A DNA stretch of 64,000 nt from an uncultured delta proteobacterium (GTDB taxonomy: Bacteria; Desulfobacterota; Binatia; Binatales; Binataceae), in contig CAVZFW010000004.1 of NCBI GenBank assembly GCA_963774705.1, positions 3,793-67,792 on the forward strand, given 5' to 3'. Positions 10,686-20,615 of the stretch are shown one piece after another. The position numbers and the translations under genes were made by a program. The notes under the pieces were generated by a model. That model did not search any database and had not been told where the DNA came from. It saw nothing but the letters and a program-made list of their open reading frames with translations. The number at the start of each line of letters is the position of its first letter. The first letter of the stretch is position 1.

Positions 10686-11188
10686 TCAGGCCGATCCACC
10701 GCGCGGCGATGGTGCATGGTCCAAGTGGACAAAAAATCCCTCGATCCGCCATTCGCCGGCGCGTTTCACGATATCCAATTTTATCGATGCAGCGCCGTAC
10801 GCAAATGCCGCCCGCGCCGTATAAATGGCGGTAATCCTCGTGCCTTTCCCGATCCAGAAATTGACGTTTGCCTCACCCCTTGAGCCGAAATAATTCTTGA
10901 GTGCGCCAATGAGCCGAAATAATTCTTGAGTGCGCCAAGCTTTCCGGCCTGCGTGAATAACGCATCGACACATGCTGTTGGGCACGCGCTTGAAAATTCG
11001 GGACTTGCTTGATCCAACAGTGCTCGTTCATTCCAGTCTGATACGATCGCAACGATAGTCCGATCAGCGTAAAGCTTGCTCTCCGCGTCTAGTCCTCGAC
11101 CCTTGAATGCCACCACCGATAGAAGCGCAACGATGACGGCAAAGGCGACGAGCGCAACGACACCGACTACCGCAAAAAACTTCTTCAT
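10686..11188 (-). pseudogene. Small membrane-anchored protein of unknown function, split by a 29-bp tandem duplication
   Basis: ORFs 10781..11188 (N-terminal TM anchor MKKFFAVVGVVALVAFAVIVALL...) and 10686..10985 both contain LGALKNYFGS. The span is 503 nt; minus 29 nt it is 474 nt, giving one 157-aa ORF. Confidence 0.6.
10882..10939. repeat. Direct tandem duplication, 2 x 29 bp
   Basis: gagccgaaataattcttgagtgcgccaa(t) at 10882-10910 is repeated at 10911-10939 (last base g); 28 of 29 positions are identical. Confidence 0.95.
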
Positions 11189-11296
11189 TTGGTTCAGTTT
11201 TCAATCACGCCATTAGTTTACAAGCAATACCGACGTTAGCAGGAAAACTGTCGTTTCTCTTGACTCCGATGCGGAAGAGTCGCTGTTTGTGCTGGC

Positions 11297-13949
11297 CTAT
11301 TTTGGTGGCTCCGCCGATGCCGGATGTGTCGCTACCCGCATCCGAAGGGTGGTATCGCGGAACGTCTCGATTTCAATTCCGCGACGGCCAACCGCCGCGC
11401 TGACTTGACCGCTCTCGCCCGTCATCAGCACGCTCGCGCCAGCCTTCCGATAACGTTCGACCACTGCGGCCGCCGGAAAATGAAACCGGTTGTGGTAGCC
11501 AAGCGAAATCACCGCGACCTGCTGGATGCACCGCCGCAACAAGCTCCGGACTCGACGAGGTCTTGCTCCCATGATGCGGCACCTTCAGGATAGCCGCCCG
11601 CAGGTCCGCGCCGGTCGCGATCATTTCGCGCTCGCCCTTCGCCTCGATATCGCCGGTAAACAGGATCGCGGCGCCCCGATACGCCAATCGCACGACCATC
11701 GATTCGTTATTCTCCTTGGTCTCGTCGCTATTCGCTGCCGGCCATAGGCATCGCACCGCGACGCCGCCGATATTCCGTGACGGCGACGCCGTCCCGCAAA
11801 CCAGGCTGGCGGCATGAACCTGCCGAACCGTCGCGAGCAAGCTCTGGTAACTGTCATCCGGACTGTCAACTCCGCTGGTCCAGAATTCCGTCGGCTTGAA
11901 ATTCCGCACCAGGAAGATCAATCCACCGAAATGGTCGCGGTCGGGATGGCTCACCGCCACATAGTCCACGTGCATGATCTTGTTCGCCCACAGAAACGGC
12001 GCCACGATTCGCTCGCCCGGATCGAAGGTGCCGCCGAAGGAGCCGCCGCCATCGATTAGCATCACGCGTCCGCCCGGAAACCGCACCACCGCCGCATCGC
12101 CCTCTCCTACCGCCAGGAAAGTCACGCGCAGGTCTGGATCGAGGAAACGCTGGTAGGTCCACCAGCCGGCATCGGACGCCAGCGCGACGATCAGCCCTGC
12201 GGCGATCATTAATCGCCACCGTCCAATCCCTGATGAGCCTCGGTCGCGGTTGGTCACCGCCGGGACCATCGGAGTTGCCAGCGGCCGCGTGCACCAGAGT
12301 GCGATGAAGCCGTATGCGATTGTTATCTCGAAAATTGTCGGCGTGAAAATTCGCGTCCACGCCAGCGGCCATGCTTCGAACCATCCGGCGAGCCAATTCC
12401 CCGCGCCGGCGAGACTACCCGCCAGCAATAAAATCGGCCGCGCGCCAGTCGGCGAAACGAAGCTCAGAGCCGCCGCCGCCAGTCCGCAAATCACCGCGCC
12501 AAAGCCCATGATCGGAACGACCACCGCGTTCGCAATCAAGCCGACCAGCGAGAATTGATTGAAGTGAAAGGCGGTCAACGGCGCCGTTCCCACCAGCGCC
12601 CAGAAGGAGACCGCGACGTAACCAGCGACCGCTTCCGCGATGATGTGAGTTCGCGGCACGCTGGCCCCGCCCGTCGGGATGCGCACTCGGAACCGCCACC
12701 AAGCCGCAAAACGCCGCATCCCGACCAGAATCACCAGTACCGAAGCGAACGAAAGCTGAAATCCTATATCCGCCGTCGAGCCAGGCATCGCGAAACAGAT
12801 AATCAGCGCCGCGGTCGCAAGGCTGGAGAGCAGTTCACGCGATCGATCGATCAGGATCGCGATCGCATATGCCACCACCATGATCAGCGCACGGATTGTC
12901 GAGACGTGGCCGCCCGCGATCGCGGCATACGCGGTCGCCGCCAGCGCCGCCGCCGCCGCAGCCAATTTGTTCGCGTAGCCGAGCGCCATCCACGACGGGA
13001 AAAATCCCATTAGCAGACGCACCACGAAAAAGGCCGCCGCCGCGACGAAGCCAAGATGCAATCCCGAGATCACCAACACGTGCGCCATCCCGGTGAGCGC
13101 GAAACGCTGCCGGATATCCTCGTCAATCCCGCCCCGATCGCCAATTATCAACGCGCGCATTTCGGCGTTTCGCGGATACGCGAGATTCGCGTCGATAAAG
13201 GCGCCGATCCTCGCGCGCATTGCCTGGATTCGCGCGCGCACCGGATACTCGCGATGACCGATCACGGTAATCGCGGGCGGCACTCCGGGCTTCGGCTCGT
13301 CGGCGAACATCGTCGCCGCGATTCCATTGCGCAGCTGCCATCCGCGATAGTCGAACTCGCCCTCGTCGCCGTCATTGCGTGGAAACCGGATTCGCGAGGT
13401 CATCCGAATTTCGTCGCCAATCGTGAAGTGCTGGTCGCCGCGGCAGGTCACGCGGACCATGCCCTCCACGGGCCTGAGTGCCGCTCTGTCCGCACGCTCC
13501 GTCAATGACGTTGCGGCCGTCGCTATCGCCCCAGCCCGCTCAACCCGCACCTGCAGATACGAGCGCCCACCCTCAGCCCGCTCCGGTTCGCGCACCAGCG
13601 TGCCCTCAATCGTCACTTTTGAACGGTCAGTGAAGCGCGACAGTGTATCAGGCCCTTGCGCGGGCTGAAGCAGGTCAGTTACTGGTACCGTTGCCGCAGC
13701 GGCGATCGCTATGAACGCCAACCCAATGCCGAGCACGGGACGTGCCGCCAAATACGCCGCCGTCGCGGAAAGGGCGATTGCAACAACAACCGAAGGCGGA
13801 ATGAAAACGTTCGCATTGCCGAGGGCGTCGCCGACTACCAAGGCGATCGTCGCGACGTAAAGCGGAGGGAAATCTACCAGCCAGTGTGCCCATTGAATCC
13901 GTTTCGCCGCAAAGCTTCGCGCTGCCGCAGCCTGCGGAGATACCATCAA
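11297..13949 (-). pseudogene. comEC: DNA internalization-related competence protein ComEC/Rec2, one frameshift near the 3' end
   Basis: Polytopic membrane core plus a metallo-beta-lactamase domain (YVAVSHPDRDHFGG, KVPHHGSKTSS). The last about 75 aa (QVAVISLGYHNRFHFPAAAVVERYRKAGASVLMTGESG...) are in ORF 11297..11572. The junction at about 11520-11525 looks like one extra base. Confidence 0.85.
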
Positions 13950-14145
13950 GTTCGATGGTGGGCTGGCGATAAACGGGCTCGCGACGGCGATTTGCGCACC
14001 TCTCGCCTGTGTGAGAACTCTACATATGGTATATGTGAACGGCTACGGCGTCCAACCCCGCCGTTTTCAATGGATCTTCCAGCTCTTCACCGCATGCCGG
14101 TAAAAAGCCGACTCCGCTGGGACCTCTGCGAACATCTGCACGCGT

Positions 14146-15345
14146 CTAGTTCGCACGCGATGCGATCGCCTGTGGCGTTTGGGAATATCGCCTCATCCCG
14201 GCCCGACGGAGCGGTTTTTCGATCCACTCAAAACTTGCAGCCGACAGACAAATGAGAATCGCGCAACACGAGAGGAAGGTAAGTCGCGAATTCCACGGAA
14301 TCTCCAATCGTTTGGAGAGAACGAAACATGCCGTAAAGACTGGAAATTGAAAAATGTAGATGCCGTAGCTGATCTCGCCCAGGTAGGCGATCGGCCGTGA
14401 GGCCAGCAGCCGGCTAAACCACCCTCCGCCGATGGCAAGCGCCCACATCAGACAGCCCATAACCGGCGCGAGTAATCCATGGTCGATTAACGACTCCGGC
14501 ACGCAGCCAGAGCCGTAGATAACGATTAACATCGCCGCCGCTGCAGGTGCTAGCCAGCTCAACGGGTTATCCGTTAATTTGCGGTCACTATTTAAAACTT
14601 TGCGGTCAGTCGGTTGCCGCCCGCGCATGGACCGCACGATCAACCGCCGGCCGAGAATCATCCCGAAGATGAACTCGGGCAGATGCAATGCTGGTGTTGC
14701 GAGTAACCATTCGAAACGTGTGGTCCCTAGTAAAGCGATCGGTACCATCAGGCCAGTCAGCCACACTGCAGTTAGCGTTATCCGCCAATCCCAACGCGGC
14801 CGAAAAATCCACGGCACGAGGAGTGGAAACATCGCGTAAAAGAAAGCCTCTACCGAAAGCGACCAGGCGGGATAGTTCCAGTAGCTCCACAGCCCCGGTA
14901 CCCAGGTCTGCATGAGCAACAGGAACAAACCTGTCTTTACGATCTCTCGGGCTAAGAACGCAGCGTGTCCAAACTGGGCCAGCGCGAATGGTGCGGTCAG
15001 CAAAAACGCCAAAAAATAAGCCGGATATATACGAAGAAAACGAGCGAGCCAGAATTCCCGCACTGGTTGATCGAGCCGATCAACCTCGAGCGCATGAGCG
15101 TACGTCAAGATGAATCCGGACAGGAGGAAGAACCCGGCGATCGAAGAACTGCCCGCGCGCAAAAGGTTGCGCCCGAAGTCCGAATTACCGAGAAACAGCG
15201 GCGCAAAATGAAAGAACAGAACATGCGCGGCGAGAAAAAAACGCAGACCACTCAGTGCGGGAAGCGGTTCGCGACGTGGTCGAATTTCGACTGGAATATC
15301 CGTACGAATTTTCAGATCAGCGATAGCCGTTTCGGCTGGGTGCAT
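14146..15345 (-). CDS. Acyltransferase family 3 (membrane O-acyltransferase)
   Basis: 399 aa, about 10 TM segments, N-terminal LSGLRFFLAAHVLFFHF motif typical of acyltransferase_3. The start abuts the uvrC stop. Confidence 0.8.
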   Translation of the reverse strand: MHPAETAIADLKIRTDIPVEIRPRREPLPALSGLRFFLAAHVLFFHFAPLFLGNSDFGRNLLRAGSSSIAGFFLLSGFILTYAHALEVDRLDQPVREFWLARFLRIYPAYFLAFLLTAPFALAQFGHAAFLAREIVKTGLFLLLMQTWVPGLWSYWNYPAWSLSVEAFFYAMFPLLVPWIFRPRWDWRITLTAVWLTGLMVPIALLGTTRFEWLLATPALHLPEFIFGMILGRRLIVRSMRGRQPTDRKVLNSDRKLTDNPLSWLAPAAAAMLIVIYGSGCVPESLIDHGLLAPVMGCLMWALAIGGGWFSRLLASRPIAYLGEISYGIYIFQFPVFTACFVLSKRLEIPWNSRLTFLSCCAILICLSAASFEWIEKPLRRAGMRRYSQTPQAIASRAN

Positions 15346-17702
15346 CAGCGATCGCCGCTGGCCGGATCGATTGGCTCGACCGGATCCGCAGGCGCGACCG
15401 ATTCCCGGGGCGAGATCTTCTGTTTGCGAGCGAGCAGTTGTAACTGGCCGTTGCCCGCGTCGAGGTATTCCGCGGCGACCCGATCCTCTTCGCGCTCGAC
15501 GCGCTCTTCCTGGTCGAGCAGTGCGGTCATCAGATCGAGATGCTTGCGAATCTCGGCGGCCAACTCCGCGTTGACGCCCTTGACGCTCGCGAGTTGCGGC
15601 AACGAGGCCTCGCGAATCCGCCGGAGACTGCCGAAGTGACGCAACAGTTCGCGCCGACGGACCGGCCCGATACCCTCGATATCGTCGAGCACCGAACGCA
15701 ATCGCGCGCGCCGGCGCAGTTCGCGGTTGTAGGTTATCGCGAAGCGATGGGCCTCGTCGCGGATGCGTACCAGCACGAACAGCGCGGTGGAATTGCGCGG
15801 CAGCACAATCGGGTCCTTGCGATTCGGCAGGAACACGCGCTCCTCGGATTTGGTCACTGCGCGATCGCGCACGTCGTTCAGGACGTGCTGCTTGGCCAGC
15901 GAGACCACCTCGATCTGGTCGCTCAGATTGAATTCCTTGAGCACCTGGATCGCGACGTTGAGCTGCCCCTTGCCGCCGTCAATCACCCACAGATCCGGAT
16001 ATTCCTTCTCCTCCTGCGCGCGCTTGAGCCGCCGGCTCAGGACTTCGTAGAGGCTCGCGAAATCGTCCTGTCCCTCGACGGTGCGAATCCGGTAACGCCG
16101 ATAGAGCGCCTTTTGCGGCTGACCTTCATCGAAGGTCGCCTGCGATCCCACTACCATCGAGCCTTGCAGATTCGAGATGTCGTAACATTCGATGCGCTTG
16201 GGCAGATTGCGCAGAGTGAAGCTTGGCGCGCAATTCGTCGAGCATCTGCTCGCGCGTACTCTTCGTTATCGCGCCGCGAAGCAAAGCTCTGGCGGGCATT
16301 TTCCATCGCCATCTCGAGCAGTCGCAGCTTGTCGCCCCGCTGCGGCACGAAGACGTCGACCCTCTTGCCGCGGCGTTCGGACAACATATCGGCGCGGACG
16401 TCGGCATCCTCGAGGGCCACCGGCAGAATCACTTCATCTGGGACGAAGCGCGCGCCGGTGTAGTATTGCGTGAGCAGGTCGGCCAGCACCTCTTCGTCGG
16501 GGAATTCGAGATCGTGAAAGCTCCAGCCGCGCGTGCTGTTGAGTTTGCCGTTGCGCACCAGCAGCACGATCGCCTCGATGAATCCGCCCTCGCGGTAAAG
16601 GCCGAAGACATCCTGATCGCCGCCCCAGTGATGCAGGACGGTTTGGCGTTCTACGGTCTTTTCGATCGACCGGACACTGTCGCGCACACGCGCCGCCTCT
16701 TCAAACTCCAGGCGTTCGGCGTAGCCCTTCATGCGTTCGCGCAACTCGCGCAGCAACTCCAGGTTCTTGCCCTCGAGCAGCAATTGCGCGGCATGCAGAT
16801 GGCGTCTGGTATTCGTCACGATCGACCGCCAGCACGCACGGCCCCAGACACCGCTTGATCTGATATTCGATGCACGGCCGCGAGCGATTGCGGAATACGG
16901 TGTCGGAGCAGGTCCGCAACGGAAACACTTTCCGAATCACATCGATGGTTTCGCGCAGACCGTCCGCCGATCCGAACGGCCCGAAGTAGCGCCCGCCGTC
17001 CTTCACGATGCGGCGCGTCACCGTGATACGCGGCCATGCGTGATTCGTAACCTTGGCGCTCAGGTATGATTTGTCGTCCTTGAGCCGGATGTTATAGCGC
17101 GGCTTGTATTGCTTGATGAGGTTGTTTTCGAGAATCAGGGCTTCCTTCTCGCTGCGCGCGACCAGGGTTTCAAAATCGCGCACCTGCCGCATCAGAAAGC
17201 GCACCTGAAAGCGGCCATCGCCGCCCTCCCGAAAATACGATCGCACGCGCGGGCGCAACGATTTAGCTTTGCCGACGTAAAGTACCTTGGCGTTGCGGTC
17301 GCGCAGAATGTAAACCCCTGGCTCGGTCGGAATCGCGTCGAGCTTGCGACTCAGGTCATCTGCCGAAGAGCTTTCCGCGCCGCCGCCGTCATCACTCCTA
17401 TCCGTTTCATCCCGCTCGGCCTTTTCGTCATCTTGAACGGTATAGGTGTCGACCGCTTCCCGCGTTGCGGAATTGCGCTCATCCAGGGCGGGCTCAGCGC
17501 TCGGGTACACGACCAGCGATTCATAACGCGGACCGACATCCCCGCGAGCAGGCGTCGCCGCTGGGGTCTTGGCCGTTCGCTCGCGCTCATGGTTCTCCGG
17601 CGTTGAGTCGGATGATTGGCTGGTCGAATCGCCCTGATGCATCCCCTCAACAGATCGGATCATCGCGCCTGCCGCGCGCCGATTATTCGGCACTCTGCTC
17701 AT
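15345..17702 (-). pseudogene. uvrC: Excinuclease ABC subunit C, at least three frameshifts
   Basis: GIY-YIG region PGVYILRDRNAKVLYVGKAKSLRPRVRSYF (ORF 16701..17702); UVR domain LEFEEAARVRD (ORF 16151..16819); endonuclease and HhH C-terminus LPKRIECYDISNLQGSMVVGS... and GIGPVRRRELLRHFGS (ORF 15345..16157). Shifts are near 16805, 16270 and 16215. There is also an unusual acidic extension of about 115 aa before the GIY-YIG domain. Confidence 0.9.
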
Positions 17703-17855
17703 CGTGACCGATATTATACACCCCTATAACGCGGTGCTGTGCAATCTCGTTCGCTGGCGAATCGCAGCGCTATACGGCAACATGCTGACCTTAGCCCGGG
17801 ATTGAAAAGTCGATCCCGTGGGCGGGTAATCGCAAGATCTCTAAAGGACAACATC

Positions 17856-18692
17856 ATGCGCAGACTCGAAGGAAAAGTTGCAGTAATCACCGGGGCGGCC
17901 AGCGGTATGGGCCGTGCGACCGCCGCACGTTTCGCAGGCGAAGGTGCCAACGTCGTTATCGCGGACCTCAACGTCGAAGGCGGAGAATCCGCCGTTCGCG
18001 AATGCAAGGAGAACGGCGGCAACGCGGTCTTTCAGCGTACCGACGTCACTTCGGAAGCGGCGATCAAGGCGGCCGTCGATCGCGCGGTCAAGGAGTTCGG
18101 CAAACTCGACATCATGTTCAACAACGCCGGTCTGGCGGGTGCGCTGGGAAGTATCGAGGAGACCACGGTCGAGAACTGGGATCGCACGTTTGCGATTTTG
18201 TTGCGTGGAGTTTTTCTCGGCATCAAGCACTCAATACCCGAAATGCGTAAAGCCGGCGGCGGTTCGATTATCTCGACGGCATCGATTGCGGGTTTGCGAG
18301 GCGGGGCGGGTCCGCTGCCCTACAGTGTCGCCAAAGCAGGGGTCGTCCATCTGACCAAGTGCGCGGCAATCGATCTTGGCCGCGACCGCATTCGCGTCAA
18401 CTGCATTTGTCCCGGCGGTATCAATACGCCGCTCATCCATCAGCACATCCCAGGCGGCGAATCGGTCGTGCAACAATTGCTAGGGGCGATTCAGCCGATT
18501 CCACGTGCCGGCACCGGCGAGGATATCGCGGGGATGGCGCTCTATCTTGCGAGCGATGATTCGCAATGGATAAGCGGCACCGCGATGGTGGTCGATGGCG
18601 GCCTCATGGCAGGCGGAAATCTGTTCGGCGGTGGCGCTTCGAGTCCGTTCAGCGTTGCCGCAAAATGGTCAGGTCCGTCGTTCGAAAAATAG
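17856..18692 (+). CDS. SDR-family oxidoreductase
   Basis: MRRLEGKVAVITGAASGMGRA (TGxxxGxG), NNAG, YSVAKAG (YxxxK). ATG at 17856 verified; the track ORF starts upstream at 17739. Confidence 0.85.
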   Translation: MRRLEGKVAVITGAASGMGRATAARFAGEGANVVIADLNVEGGESAVRECKENGGNAVFQRTDVTSEAAIKAAVDRAVKEFGKLDIMFNNAGLAGALGSIEETTVENWDRTFAILLRGVFLGIKHSIPEMRKAGGGSIISTASIAGLRGGAGPLPYSVAKAGVVHLTKCAAIDLGRDRIRVNCICPGGINTPLIHQHIPGGESVVQQLLGAIQPIPRAGTGEDIAGMALYLASDDSQWISGTAMVVDGGLMAGGNLFGGGASSPFSVAAKWSGPSFEK

Positions 18693-18723
18693 TCGCTCCA
18701 GGCAGGGCGAGGGAAATGCCCGC

Positions 18724-18972
18724 CTAGTTGAGCTCGTGGCCACGCTCGAGATTGAGATGCTCGACCAGACTGCGCGCGTCGGCACGCGGGCGGAAATGGT
18801 AGTCCAAGGGCGTGTGCGGCCCCCCGGCGACCGGAACGGCCTCGATGTAGCCGCATATACAGCGATAGATAAACACCGGCTGGCCCTCTACCTCACGTCG
18901 ATAGTAACCCAGGAAACGGTGTTTCGGCTCGCTTTCGTACAGATTTTCCGGTTGCACCTTCACTCTCATCAA
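18724..18972 (-). CDS. Hypothetical small protein (82 aa)
   Basis: ORF only. No recognisable motif and a weak RBS. Confidence 0.3.
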   Translation of the reverse strand: MMRVKVQPENLYESEPKHRFLGYYRREVEGQPVFIYRCICGYIEAVPVAGGPHTPLDYHFRPRADARSLVEHLNLERGHELN

Positions 18973-19170
18973 CCCCAGTGACCTACTATGCGGGGTAGCT
19001 TGGTTTATACCAGTAGCGAGCGCTTAATGGAAGAGATGTAGCGTGGTGAGTCGCCTAGGCGCGTCTTAATAACATCGACGCGGCTCCTACCGTCTCATCG
19101 AAGAAATAGCGAAACTGTTCTGGTTGATCGGCATTTGCGGATCAACGCAGAACGTCAGAAGCGAGGTTAG

Positions 19171-19860
19171 TTAGCGAGTTGCGCGACGCTCGATCTTGCG
19201 GATTCGCTGATCCTGATCCTTCGACTGCACGGTGATTCGGTCGTCGAAGCGTTCAAACTTGCGTGTGAGACTGGTCAGCGCCTTGTTCGCCAGTTTCAGC
19301 TCGGCGTCGAGCTTTTTGCTCATCGCATCGCTGGATGACGAAATTCCGGCGCGAATCTGGGCTGAGGCAGCGGGAATCTCACGTCCAATATCCGTCCGAG
19401 CGGCACTCAATTCTTTGCGCAGAGCATCACCCACCGCGGCGACTTCGCGGCTCAACTGGGCGCGCGCATCGGCGGCCGTGCGATTGAGTTCCTCGGTGAG
19501 ACGCTCGCTCCCCCGTTGGGATTCACTGGCGACTTGCTGATGAAGTTCCAGGCGGGTGGCGGCCAACTGTTCGCGAAATTCGACTCGGGTGGCTCCCAGA
19601 TTTTCGCCGATGCGCACCATTTCGGCGCCCAGGTCGGCACGCGTGATTGCAACACCTTCGCGATTTTCCGCAATCCGATCGGAAAGGAAGCGAACCTGCC
19701 GGCCGACTTCGCTGAACTGTCCGACGATTTCTTCGCGCAAGGCGTCGAGTCTTCCACCGAATCCAGTGACCGCTTCGAGCACCAGGTCAAAACGTGCGGC
19801 AAGCTGCTCCAGTATCGCGCCCATCTTGGTCTCCACTTCCTTCTCCTCAGCTTCGTCCAT
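19171..19860 (-). CDS. Alpha-helical repeat protein (apolipoprotein/LEA-like heptad or 11-mer character), unknown function
   Basis: Starts MDEAEEKEVETKMGAILEQL, with GAGAGGGGA upstream of the ATG at 19860. 229 aa rich in E/R/A/L with no TM segment. The track fuses it to lepB, but lepB has its own stop in another frame. Confidence 0.5.
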   Translation of the reverse strand: MDEAEEKEVETKMGAILEQLAARFDLVLEAVTGFGGRLDALREEIVGQFSEVGRQVRFLSDRIAENREGVAITRADLGAEMVRIGENLGATRVEFREQLAATRLELHQQVASESQRGSERLTEELNRTAADARAQLSREVAAVGDALRKELSAARTDIGREIPAASAQIRAGISSSSDAMSKKLDAELKLANKALTSLTRKFERFDDRITVQSKDQDQRIRKIERRATR

Positions 19861-19891
19861 CACCACTCGTCCCCTCTCAATCGTAATGCGC

Positions 19892-20607
19892 CTAATTGAC
19901 GACCTTGGCAAACCGGTTCCATCGAATCGGGAGGAACCGGTACCGTCGCTATCCCACGACCAGTAGATGAACATTGCGCGACCTTCGACGAGGTCGCGGT
20001 CGACCAGACCCCAGAAGCGTCCGTCGTAGCTGCGGTCACGATTGTCGCCCATCATCAGGTATTGCCCTGAAGGCACCTTAAGCGGGCCGAAATAGTCACG
20101 TGGAGAACTCTGTTGACGCTGATCGGGAGTGAGTTCGAAATGCGCGTGCGGATCGTCGGCCAGCGTGCCATTGCGATAAAGCTTGCCGTCCTTGACTTCG
20201 ATCGTATCGCCCGGAACGCCGATCACGCGCTTGATAAAGTCCTTCGTCGGATCGGGCGGGAAGACGAAGACCACCACGTCTCCTCGATGCACCGGTTCGA
20301 GCTGGAACAAGTAATGTCCCCAAGGGATCTTGTTTTCGAGCGGCGTGAAGCCGAAAAACGAATCCGGTAGGCGCAATCCATAAATAAGCTTGTTGACGAT
20401 GATATGGTCGCCAATCAGCAACGTCGGCTCCATCGAGCCCGAAGGTATCTTGTAGGCCTGAACGAAGAACGTGCGCAGGATAATCGCCAGCGCCAGCGCG
20501 ATGATGAACGCCTCGGAGTATTCGCGCGCGGCCGACTTTTCCGCTGCTGGCTCAGTGCTGGAGGCGGTCGGCGAAGAGTTAGAATTCTTGAGCAACGGTT
20601 CGAGCAC
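19892..20607 (-). pseudogene. lepB: Signal peptidase I, frameshift close to the C-terminus
   Basis: S26 motifs SGSMEPTL, GDHIIVNK and GDNRDRSYDGRFWG. The canonical tail WNRFAKVVN* is in another frame, stopping at 19892-19894. Shift near 19920-19930. Confidence 0.85.
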
Positions 20608-20615
20608 GCGCGCGG

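Noticed and set aside
19171-20607. Signal peptidase I with a fused 230-aa coiled-coil domain (the 478-aa ORF in the track)
   Set aside because: The canonical LepB tail WNRFAKVVN and a stop at 19892 lie in another frame. An RBS and ATG at 19860 start the helical protein separately. The fusion is created by a small indel.
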